Origin: Octopus sinensis | Taxonomy: Eukaryota | Length of the DNA stretch: 64,000 nucleotides | Direction: 5' to 3' | NCBI RefSeq assembly: GCF_006345805.1 | Contig: NC_043006.1 | Coordinates: 99,138,001-99,202,000, forward strand | Part shown: positions 53,191 through 64,000 of the stretch, piece after piece | How positions within the stretch are numbered: position 1 is the stretch's first letter | Layout: every line of letters starts with the position of its first letter | Position numbers and translations under genes: made by a program | Notes under the pieces: model-generated | Seen by the model: the letters and a program-made list of their open reading frames with translations, nothing else | Told to the model about the DNA's origin: nothing | Database searches by the model: none

Positions 53191-54039
53191 GTATTTGTGT
53201 TGACATTTTCACGCAGAGAGTATTATTTGATACTTAAGAGGTAAAGGAAATTTCAGTTTTCAATTGAAGTGCATTTAAAATATTATGGGACTATATCATC
53301 TGCAAACCCGTTGTTTTCTCATACAGTGGATTGTAACATTAGGTAGATTATTAGGAAACGTTTTAATGCTCCATTCTTTCTCTAGATATTGTCTCAACTA
53401 CACGTAACGTTCTATTTCTGTTTTTTTTTTCTGTAGAAATATAATTTTTTCATGTTTGTGCAAAAAGCTAGGCATATATATTTATTAAGAGCAAGAGCAG
53501 CTGATGGTATGACGGGGGAAATTGTTTCACTGTAAAGTAAAACAAAATATCAAAGTATCTGTTCATATTTTTATTAAATTTTTGCAATATTCTGTACCAA
53601 AAGAAATATAAGATACAGCTTTTTTACTTTTATTGAAAAAAATAATTTTGTTGACAACATCTCTGTTAAATTGTAGCAGTCTCATGTGAAACCAAAGAAA
53701 TGCATATAAATTCTAGACAAGTTCTGTCATTAGATTCACCGACTTCCAAAAATATTAAAAGAATAAGGAAGACATTTCCAAACTTCGGAGAATCTTAATA
53801 AAATTCACGAGAAAGCGAATTTATCAGCATATGTTGGGGAAATGTTACCCACAACAACTTCATTTAAGTGACGAAAGGTCTTGAAATATTTTGGAAATAT
53901 AGACGATGTTTTCTCAAAGTATTTCAATTTTTAATTAACAAATACGACAATAATATAGAAAATATATCGAAGCTAAGTATAAAAAAACCTGAAGACATTT
54001 GGCACACTAAGTTATAACGTTCTCACTCACTTCTGTTGT

Positions 54040-54670
54040 TTGTAACAGTGCTTGAAGGTAAAGTATGTAGAGACTTTTTGTCTGAAAAAAAAAAAAAGAT
54101 CGGATTTAAGCAGCGCAAGATTTTCTTGATTGTGTCGGGAAAGACGAGGACTTTTGAAAATGGTCATGACAGGTGATGAATCATAGGTTTTGTTATATTG
54201 CAATACTACACAGTGACTGTGTGAGCCACAAAATCCTCGTCGCCACTGTTGTATCGCACGTTCGGATGCCTCTGCTACTCTACTCGACTCCGCTCTGTTC
54301 TACTCTACTCCATGACGTCTAGGCTTCTCCCATTATATGTACGTATCGGGCTAGCCTACTTCATCGTGTGGGGGCATCCACACAACAGGTTTGTGGCAAT
54401 GACCCCGAAACCAATGTAAAAATCAAATCCAATTCGAAAAGAACGAAATTCGAAGACGTGGAGCAAATTTAAGAGAATGCGACGTGCCAGTTCGGTCGCT
54501 ATCCCTAAAAGGTAATTCCAAGAATGCTGCCATCAACGGAAACAACGATGATCCAAGTGTATGGCGTCAGAAGGTGACTGCTTGGAAGGGGAGATTAAAG
54601 GCTGAATTGATATGTGTTGTGAGTTTGCCTTTATGCCACTAGCCCCGATACTTTTTGATCAGAACCTGTA
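54040..54670 (+). mobile_element. mariner middle and right-end remnant
   Basis: Frameshifted MTGDES* motif, C-terminal remnant, terminus TACTTTTTGATCAGAACCTGTA. Confidence 0.6.
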
Positions 54671-54773
54671 CATATATCTGTGTGTGTGTTGTGTGTGTGT
54701 GTGTGTGTGTTGTGTGTGTGTGTGTGTATGTGAGTGCAAATGTGTGTGTGTGTGTTGTGTGTGTGTGTGTGTG

Positions 54774-55641
54774 TATGTAGTCCGATCAATAAGTATTCGA
54801 ACTGTTGCCATAGTAACAAAGCTGAAGCACGCAGAGTAAACCGCTTGGCGCAGATTGACCTTCAATTCTGTTGAGCTTGCGCACTACGTTTTAACGTTCA
54901 TGCCCACTTCCGATACTTACAGCGGTGCTTGGAAGTAACGTTTGTTCGTTGCAATGACGACGACAGAGTAAGTTGAGCAGCGTATCTGCATCAAATTTTG
55001 CCCGAATCTTGGCGATACCTGGTGAGAATCCTACGCAAAGTAGGCCTCTCGAAAAGTTTACGTCGTCTTCGACACAGTCAAGGAGATTTTATGCAACTGA
55101 AACGCGAGTGTCTCTTTAGTCAGCTGAAAGCAGTCTAAACACAAACTGGCAGACATGCGCCAAATTTTGAGTTATAATGGACTGAATTGAATCCTAACTA
55201 ATCTGCACATCTTCTGATAACTCACGAATGGTGATTCAACGATTTCCTCTCACATGTGCGCTCATATCTACGACGTTTTGCTAAGCTCTGCTGGTTGTAG
55301 GCCTCCCGGAACATACATCACTATCGACATTTTGTGGGTCATCTTGGAAACGTTTGAACCACTCGTACACTTGTGTGCTGCTCATACACTCCTCGCCACA
55401 CACTCTGCAACTTTGCCTAGGCCTCTGAACAGATATCACCATGACAACTTTCTCTGTCATTGTCAATGCCATGATCACACTCCAAACACTGCTGCAAACA
55501 GCGGAAGTGAGCTAGAAGATGAAATCTTAGTGCACATGCACAACAGAGGTGAAAGTCAATATTTGCTAAGCGGCTTTACTCTGCGTGGTTTAGCTTCGTT
55601 ACTGTGGCAACAGTCCGTATATTTATTGATCAGTCCCCCTA
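54774..55641. mobile_element. two mariner left ends joined facing each other
   Basis: The plus arm reads EQRICIKFC; the minus arm reads EECMSSTQVYEWFKRF..SGRPTTS..TIRELSEDV; TA at both outer ends. Confidence 0.7.
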
Positions 55642-56956
55642 TATGTAAATTTGGATATCTAGCGATTTAATCAATTCTTCCGTTAGTTGCCAAAAACCTA
55701 ATTAAAAATTCTCTTTTTCTGAGTAGAACTATCGTTAATTTGGATCATGTTTTTATCGAATACATCGCCAGTATCGTTTGTCCGAACATGGCGAAACCTC
55801 ACTGTTATTACAAGTAATAAAATATGTGGAAATCGTTTCCATGTAATTCACCGCCATTAATTTATTACATCACTTCTTAGATCTCAGATGCGCATTACAC
55901 ACAATGTGTCTCTTGGGTATTTATTGGATATTGCAAGTATTATTTCAAAGTCACGTGTAAGTTATCACTAGAGACATTCAACAACTGTAAATGTTTACTT
56001 TGCACGATATAAACCCGAACGTTAACTAAGAGAATACTTTCGACTGTGATACATAGACTAGCTGGAAAAGCAACGTGTTTGGCATGTTATTCTGTACAAT
56101 AGGATATTACAGTCTAAGAAAAGAGGAAGCTTTGATTTAGTTTTCTTTTTACGATACATTCACGAGAAATGTAGAAGTTACCATATTACTTCTAGAGAGC
56201 TTCGATTGGTAGTTCTAGTGGAGTTGTTGTCAAATTTGAAAACTTATTGGCTAACGAAAGCAATGAAATCGGGATCAGAAGAGATTACTTGGTATTATAA
56301 GTTGTCTGTAAATGTGTAAGAGATATAATTCGGCGAGATTTTAGGGTGGAATCTGAAATTCGAGAGAAAGCTGGAATTAAATCAAAGTGAACGATGACTT
56401 TAGTTGTCGGAAGGTTCATTCGGGCAGGTAGGTTTAATTGTATTGGATAATAGAAACTTAGTACACAAAAAGATATTTCTGGTAAATGTTATGTAAAACA
56501 GTGAAATATATAACTTGAGAATATGTACAGGAAAATAACTCATCAATGTAAATAATGCGGACTGACAGGAAGCAGCCACCCCAAAAATTTTAAAGTGTGT
56601 GGAAGGACATATATTTTTATGAGATGCTCCGGAGACAAAAGTGTCTCACAAATAACGTCGTCTAATTTATCACAGTATGACGGCGTCGTAAGAAGATGCG
56701 CATTTCCTTGTTCATAAGATAATGTAAAATACTAGAATTAATGGAAGTTGAATATGCATTAATACAAATATATAACAAACATTTTTTCATGTTATAAAGT
56801 AGAAGCTGGATTTTAAAAAAAGATAATCGCTGCAGATGATTTTTAATGCCAGAAACTAATATATAATCCAATCCACGTTGTTTGTCGTGTCATCTTGTAT
56901 CATGTTACTCATTACTATTGTCTTCTATTTCCCTGTATTTGTGTATGTATATATAT

Positions 56957-57780
56957 ACTAGCAGTATTGCCCGGCTATTGCGCTCGTGCGTTCTATGCAC
57001 ATGCGAATTAAGCTAAACTTGGATGTAGTTCAATCAAAATTCAATTATTTTGGTTATAAAATCAAGCATTTAATGCCTTCTATTTTTGCGCTTATGTGTT
57101 CCATTTCCTCAATAGGAAGTACGTAGAAGCGTTTCATAAATTTTTGTTGATCAAATAATTGCATTATTGAATTATTCTTTTAGATCAGTATTTCTCAACG
57201 GGGATGTCAGGGAAGAGTTTCAGGGAGTCGCTGGCGATGTATCGTGATGATCAAAAACCCGCCCTACTAAAATTTGGTTAAAGTGATTCAAACTGCAGAC
57301 TCAACGCAAAATGGTCACATTTAATACAAAGCGTTAAAAATGTTATGAAAACAATTGGTATGTGTTCACAAAGTCCAAACGATTAATACGAAAAAACCCT
57401 CCAGGCTACATCCAGAAAATTCATTTCTTTGCCGAATTTCTACAATGTTTACGGCGATTCGTTTTTATATCTTGATTTTTTTTATTTTTCATGCAATTTA
57501 CGCATGCTTCCACGCGTGGTGAACACAGTTGACGTCAAATAGCTGACTGAGTAAAGTTCACTAATCAATGCATGGGATAAGGCCTAAACCAACACATTGT
57601 CGATTTTTGTACTTTCGAGAGGAATTTCGGAACAGAAATAGCGCACTTCAATTTTCATTCGCGTAAACTTTAAGTGACTCATTTTTGGTGGTTCTACGAT
57701 TTGTTGGCTAGGAGATGTGCCGGGAAGTTAAACACACAGATACACACACAGACACACAAGTTGAGTTATATATATATATA
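56957..57780 (+). mobile_element. Helentron-like non-autonomous element
   Basis: 5' ACTAGCAGTATTGCCCGGC; 3' (CA)-rich tract, then a short tail into (TA)n. Confidence 0.5.
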
Positions 57781-57790
57781 TATATATATA

Positions 57791-59017
57791 CAGGGTGTCC
57801 AAAAAAATGTATACACACTTTAGCAGCTGATAACTCAATTCATATTTTTTCTTTCCAGATGAAATCTATAGGATTTAATGATGGCAGTCAGATTAAGCTT
57901 TGAACAAAGAAAATTCATTCTAAAATGATACTGGAAGTGTGAAAATGCAGTTGAAATGCAAAAACAGTTGGGGAGGGAGTTCAAACAGATCCACCAATGC
58001 AACTCCCTATCATTTGAATTAGAGATAAGTTTGAAGCTGATGGAACTGTTCAGAATGTCCACGATAAGCATTCCAGAAGACCCAACAAAACAAGGAGTAC
58101 TGGAAATGAATCACCAAAGTCCAAGAAAATATGTGCGGCAAAGCGAGTCATGAGGTAGGTATTCCAAAATCATCTCTCCAATGCATTTTTAAGCATTGTC
58201 AATGGAAAAGTTACATTCCAAGATTAGTCCATGCTATTAATGATGATGATCCAGACGAAAAAGTGCAGCATTGCGAGTGGTACTTGGAACGATGTGTAGA
58301 AGATGCACACTTTCCAACAAAGATTGTGTGGAGTGATGAAGCCACATTCAAATTAAATGGTTCAATTAACTGCCACAATTGCACCTACTGGGGTCCTGAT
58401 AATCTGCATGTTATGGTGAAACACCATGTTAATTTGATATTTGTGTGGTGTGGTTTATCATCAAGAGGATTATTTGGACCATTCTTTTGTTATGCTACTG
58501 TGACTGGTCCCGTTTACTTGAATTTGTTGCAACAGTCTGTTATGCCAAGCATTAGAGAAGACTTTGAAGATGAGGAGTTTTATTTTCAGCAAGATGGGGC
58601 ACCCCCACATTACCATTGCTATGTTAGATCCTTCTTTGATGAGATCTTGCTAAACAGGTGGATTGGATGAAGAGGTATGGTTGAATTCACCAGACGTCAC
58701 ACCACTAGACTTTTTTATGGGGAAACCTTAAAGACAAATTCTACGCTATGAAACCTAAAAGTCGCTGATTTGAGAGCAGCCATTGGACGAGAGTGCACAC
58801 AAATACCAAGCAAATTCTTTTGTGATATTTGTGATTCCATTCCTTTGCGTTGTCAGCAGTGCCTGGACCAGACCGGACATCAGTTTGAAAACAGGCATTG
58901 ACAAAACAATTAAATGATGTCTGTAGATTCTATTAAATTTTGAAAATGAAGTGTCTTTTAATAAACAACTACTTTAAAATTGTTTAAAGTGTGCATACAC
59001 TTTTTTGCGACATGTTG
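57791..59017 (+). mobile_element. Tc1/mariner superfamily element, probably DD41D (rosa-like), decayed
   Basis: TIRs CAGGGTGTCCAAAAAAATGTATACACACTTTA and reverse; TA flanks; [45 protein letters not shown]-like remnant. The D41D assignment is inferred from relatives. Confidence 0.85.
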
Positions 59018-59051
59018 TATATATATATACACACAAAGTCACACACATATT

Positions 59052-59095
<44 letters not shown>

Positions 59096-60112
59096 GTTTA
59101 CTTTCCGTTATGGTAAGACCAACTCCTCCATCTAGTGAGAGAAAACAATATTCTGTAATATATGGAGTTTGTTGTAGGTATAAGTACTAAGAGTTCCATA
59201 CACTGAAGACAAACTAGGGAGGTTTTAAAACTCAACTAGTATATTTAAGTGATTCTCCGTCTCTAGGCACATGCGCGTATGTGTTCATGTGCCTGTATTT
59301 ACATGTGGGTATGTATTACCATCTCTATACCTTCTCAAATCTGATTCCAGCGCTCCGTAATAATTCAGCAAACTCCCATTTTAATACTTCGTCTCACATT
59401 GTCTCGTCGCCTTATTGAAACCTTCTTTATGCTCGCCCTAAGCGCTCCTATCTATCACGCTCTTCTCTGGTCACGAATCCCGAGAAATTCTGCTGGAATA
59501 TCTCCAGGGTCATCGCCACACTGTACTGCTAAGTGTAGTACTTACATGCAATATAATGAAAATATTTTATATGACTACTACATATTTTCTTAATTTTCTT
59601 TAGACATCTTTACATGAGTGTGTGTGTGTGTGTGTATGTGTGTGTCTTTATGTCTGTGTTAGTCTTTCCACCACCAGTTGACAACTGGTATCGCTATGTT
59701 TATATACCCGAAACATAGCAGTTCTGCCAAAGAGTTTAGAATGACTACCGGGATTGAAATCAAAATTATCGCTGGAGACGATTCATTGGAGTAAAAAATC
59801 TTCAAGGAGAAACTAGCTTTGTCCGAAGCAAGTTCGACGTTCAGTGAAATAAGATGTATTAGAAAAAGAAAAGAATGTCTTTACACTGCGTGACTGGACA
59901 GGGAAGTGCAAGGTACCTTTGTGAAATTGCGAAAAGTGTTGGTTATCATTACATCCATAAAATACGGAAACATTTAAAAAAACTTCTTTATAAAAAGATA
60001 TTAAAATGTGTGAAACGAAGTCATTTCTCTTCCACTTTTTATATGTTTTCCGCATATTTTCAAGTCATAAGTTTGCCACGCGGATTATACTGAATCTGCA
60101 GTATTCTTGCTT

Positions 60113-60155
<43 letters not shown>

Positions 60156-60200
60156 CTATATATATATATAATATATATATATATTATTATATATATATAT

Positions 60201-63200
60201 AAGGTGTCAGCCCTTCCATCAATGCACAAAAATGGAAGGTCCAATTCATTGAAGACTGGGTTGGTAACCATTCACACCACATCCCTTTCTTCATTCTCAC
60301 TGAGACCCACCCTTGGACAACTCCCACTTGGAAGCCGAAGTGAGAGTGAAGAATTTCACAACCATCCGCGCGGATCGTATCGGCAGGAGGAAGGGTGGAA
60401 CTGCCATTTTCCTGCATGATTCATTACGGCAGATGGAAATAGTATATTCTCCAACGGCTACTGTGAATCAGTCACCGTGCACAACAAAGCCAATGACCTG
60501 ACAGTAATTGGGCTCTATAGGCCGCCCCAAACACCCATACTGTGCTTTAAAGAATGCCTCAACAGCATTAAGTGCTTTATTCAACAGTGCCATTCTAGCA
60601 ACATACTCATGATGGGAGACTTCAATCTACCTGTGTTGACTGGACTACAAACTGTTTGAAACCAAGCACTCCCGCCTCAACCGCTGACAAAGAAGCAGCA
60701 GAGTCACTTTTCGACTTTACGAATGAGTTTTTCTTGTCCCAACTTGTCCTTGCACCAACAAGACATCAGAACATTTTGGACCTAGTGTTTAGTAACCACA
60801 CTAACACTATACATAACGTTACAGTGGAAAAAACCCTTCTTTCAGACCATGACATGGTTCTCTGTAACATGAAATTCCACCAGCCGAAAGCTAATCCTAG
60901 TGACCTTCCTCCAGCCCACCCATTTGACAACATGGATCTCCATAAAGCCAACTGGGATGCAATCAGGAACGAGCTATCAAATGTTGACTGGTCCTTTACA
61001 CATACACACATCTCCACCAACCATAAAACATCTTGGCAGATCTTTGTAGACACCGTCACAGACATATGTGCAAAACACTCCCACCAAGACCTGTGAACAA
61101 AAAGTGCAGAATCCCCCAAAACAGAAAAACCATTATCAGAAAATAAAAAGAACAAACAAAACAATTAACAAACTAAAGTACTGCCAACAGCAACACACAC
61201 ATTCGACGGCTATCGCACTGCTTGAATCCAAAAAATATAACCTCCAACAATGCATGAAGACCCTCATCAATAACAAAGATCAGCTGAGGAGAAGTGGGCC
61301 ATTGAAAAATCAAACTCAACCCCAAAGTGTTTTTCTTTGCGAGGCAGAAACGCAGGGTCACTGTCTCCACTGTAGGCCCTCTAATTGACGAAACTGGCAC
61401 TCTCCAAGATAATGCCAAATCCATGGCCGAGATACTGCAGAAACAATACTGCTCTGTTTTCAGCAATCCTGATATGGCCGATCTGGGCTGTATCAGTGAT
61501 GTCAACCCCCAAAACACACTATATCGGACATAACGTTTAGTGCCCCTGATGTCTTAGCGGCGATAAACGAAATAAAACACAATTCAGCAGTAGGCCCCGA
61601 TAGGTTCCCTGCTTGTGTCCTGAAGGTGTGTCGACACCAACTTGCATCTCCCCTTGCTAATCTGTGGAGAAACTCACTGGATGCTGGCTATATTCCAAAA
61701 AACCTTCTGTCCCAGTCTGTTGTCCCAGTTTTCAAAAAGGGAAACAAGTCCCTTGCAGTGAATTACCGTCCGATCTCACTCACCTCTCATATCATCAAGG
61801 TATTTGAGAGGGTGGTGAGATCTCGAATAACCCAATTTCTGGAAAGCAACAGACGGCTGATCTCCAACCAACATGGGTTCCGTAATGGAAGGGACTGCCT
61901 AACGCAGCTCCTGCATCACTTTGAGGACATTTTGAGAGCTTTGGGAGAGGGCTCCAACACCGATGTCATCTACCTTGATTTCAGTAAGGCCTTCGACAGG
62001 GTCGATCACACGATCCTATTGAAAAAACTATCCAACATTGGTGTCTCTGGAAAGTTACTGAAATGGATTAAGTGTTTCCTGACAGACAGATCTCAACATG
62101 TTGTAGTTGAAGGGGTAAAATCAAGCCCAGCCAAAGTCAGTAGTGGCGTTCCGCAAGGCACTGTGCTGGGCCCACTTCTTTTCATCATTTACATTAATGA
62201 CATTAATGACATCATCAAGCACAGCAACATAAAAATCTTTGCAGATGACTCCAAGCTACAGAAGGTCATAAATGAGGCGAGTGACCGGACATGCCTTCAG
62301 TCAGATCTACTGGCTGTTATCCAATGGGCAGAAAAAAACAATATGCTGCTGAACGAGGATAAATTTGAGCTAATCCACTTTGGAAAAGAGGATGCCCTGA
62401 AACTCCCATACTCCCTTCCTTCAGGTGAAACTCTCGCGGCGTCCAACAACATCAGAGACTTGGGAGTAATTGTGGACAACAACGTAAGCTGGGCCACTCA
62501 TATAAACACCAAAGTTGACATGGCCCGCAGAATGTGTTCCTGGATTCTCAGAACTTTCCAGTCGAGAGATATCCACACCATTATCCTTCTCTTCTCCACT
62601 TTTGCCCGACCCCACCTTGAATACTGTTGTCCACTGTGGTCTCCCCACACAATACAAGGTATCATAAAAGTTGAAGCACCTCAAAGGGCAATCACAAAAA
62701 AGATAGATGGCATGACAGGCCTCGACTATTGGGGTCGACTAGAACAGCTAAAACTCTATTCTCTCCAACGTCGTCGTGAGCGCTACATCATCTGCATGAT
62801 GTGGAAAATATTCCATCAGCATTGCCCAAATGATGTTGGCATCTCCTTTAAGGTACATCCAAGGCTTGGGCTCCGTGCCATCCGCCCAAAACAAAAATCG
62901 CACTCTCATCTCATAACAACAATACGGCACAATTATTTCACCTCAATTGGCCCCGCTCTCTTAAACGTTACACCAAAACACATTAAAACAGAAACTGAGC
63001 CTATAGGGTTCAAGAAGTCTTTGGACAGATTCCTTCAAGAAATCCCGGATAAACCCCCTACACCCGGATATGTCTCTGTAAACAATAACTCTCTACTTGA
63101 GTGGGCTATAGTGCCCAAATTCTGACTTGAAAGACTTCACCAGGTGGTGCTATTAAGTTAGACATGGCCTGGGCCAATAATGGCCGAAACCTATCAAAGT

Positions 63201-63218
63201 ATCAAAGTATCAAAGTAT
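60201..63218 (+). mobile_element. CR1-like non-LTR retrotransposon (APE + RT), 5'-truncated
   Basis: APE remnants ILTETH, RADRIGRRKGG, LMMGDFN, LDLVFSN, SDHDMV; RT ORF; 3' stem-loop and (ATCAAAGT)3 tail; TA-repeat flanks. Confidence 0.93.
61500..63125 (+). CDS. LINE reverse transcriptase, stop-free 3' part of ORF2
   Basis: NYRPISLTSHIIKVFE, QHGFR, YLDFSKAFD, SGVPQGTVLGPLLF, FADDSKL, RDLGV. The frame is open from 61500 (upstream TGA at 61497). Confidence 0.92.
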   Translation, partial: CQPPKHTISDITFSAPDVLAAINEIKHNSAVGPDRFPACVLKVCRHQLASPLANLWRNSLDAGYIPKNLLSQSVVPVFKKGNKSLAVNYRPISLTSHIIKVFERVVRSRITQFLESNRRLISNQHGFRNGRDCLTQLLHHFEDILRALGEGSNTDVIYLDFSKAFDRVDHTILLKKLSNIGVSGKLLKWIKCFLTDRSQHVVVEGVKSSPAKVSSGVPQGTVLGPLLFIIYINDINDIIKHSNIKIFADDSKLQKVINEASDRTCLQSDLLAVIQWAEKNNMLLNEDKFELIHFGKEDALKLPYSLPSGETLAASNNIRDLGVIVDNNVSWATHINTKVDMARRMCSWILRTFQSRDIHTIILLFSTFARPHLEYCCPLWSPHTIQGIIKVEAPQRAITKKIDGMTGLDYWGRLEQLKLYSLQRRRERYIICMMWKIFHQHCPNDVGISFKVHPRLGLRAIRPKQKSHSHLITTIRHNYFTSIGPALLNVTPKHIKTETEPIGFKKSLDRFLQEIPDKPPTPGYVSVNNNSLLEWAIVPKF

Positions 63219-64000
63219 ATATGTCCCGCACGCATTTACAAGTTTAGCTTACTCTGTTTCATGCTACTCTATACTCTAGTATTTTCTCCTTGCGTTCACT
63301 AGTTTCCTCTCCTTCTGGTCCAATGACTCTCCATGTTTGTTTTCGTTCAGTGCCCTTGTATATCTCCACCAACATGTTATCGTTACCAACTTTAGCCCTC
63401 CATAAATCCAAGATTTCTTTTGGGAATTTATGGGAGCAAATGTTTTTTAGACTCATTTTGTCGTGGCATGCACGAAATGAGGAGTAGATACACAGACCAC
63501 AACTGATGGAGTGTCTTTCTCTGCGCTTACGTGTCCTGTTTTCCATTTTTTCTCTCGCTGTTTACCTATTTAACTCTTTTTTTTCTTACTTCGTGTTGTT
63601 TACACAGTTAGTAACGTCTCGTACCCATATATGCATATACATATTTATTTTTTTTTTATTATTTAATTGAACGCTACGCAGCCATTTCCAGGTACACACA
63701 CATATACATACACATAGTTATATGTATATGTGTATGTGTCGTGTGTGTCTGTGTTTGTGTACGTTTACATATGCATAAATATCTATGAGTGGTTTAACGT
63801 GTGGCACTAATACTGAAAGATAAAAAAGTACGTTACACTCAGAACAATATTAAATTCGTAGCTTAAATGAGTGTATTCAGTTTAATATAATATTGTCAGC
63901 AAATTAATCCCCAGTTCTACAGTATTTACTACGTCACTTCCAGTTATACTGGAATTAATATAATATAAGTCACTTTGAATTATGTTCACAGAGTATCCTA

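Noticed and set aside
63172-63192. GGCCAATAATGGCCGAAACC as half a hammerhead
   Set aside because: No upstream CUGANGA; better explained as the LINE 3' recognition stem-loop.
63259-63546. 95-aa minus-strand ORF
   Set aside because: No recognisable domain or splice support.

Overview
This is AT-rich, microsatellite-dense eukaryotic DNA. The SINE families and (TA)n density look octopus/cephalopod-like (inference; no database search was possible). I found no host protein-coding gene I can support. The window is a patchwork of tRNA-derived SINEs (at least four families), decayed Tc1/mariner transposons, Helentron-like short elements, an RTE fragment, a near-complete CR1-like LINE (60.2-63.2 kb) and several Penelope-like (PLE) remnants with RT or GIY-YIG motifs. 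The main signal is a set of type I hammerhead ribozymes (HHR) from about seven unrelated sequence families. They occur in a 403-bp tandem array (16.6-18.4 kb), a 557-bp array with a central inversion (42.5-47.2 kb) and a 355-nt 1.5-mer whose repeat begins exactly at the predicted cleavage site (25.7-26.2 kb). They also occur in four inverted pLTR-like foldbacks (12.7, 31.5, 34.5 and 52.1 kb). Nearly every family has a different palindrome in stem III, and one family has U in place of core A6. Ribozyme-bearing retrozymes and PLE pLTRs are known classes; whether these families are catalogued cannot be checked here. All structures were folded by eye, and the array copies show indel noise typical of unpolished long-read sequence.
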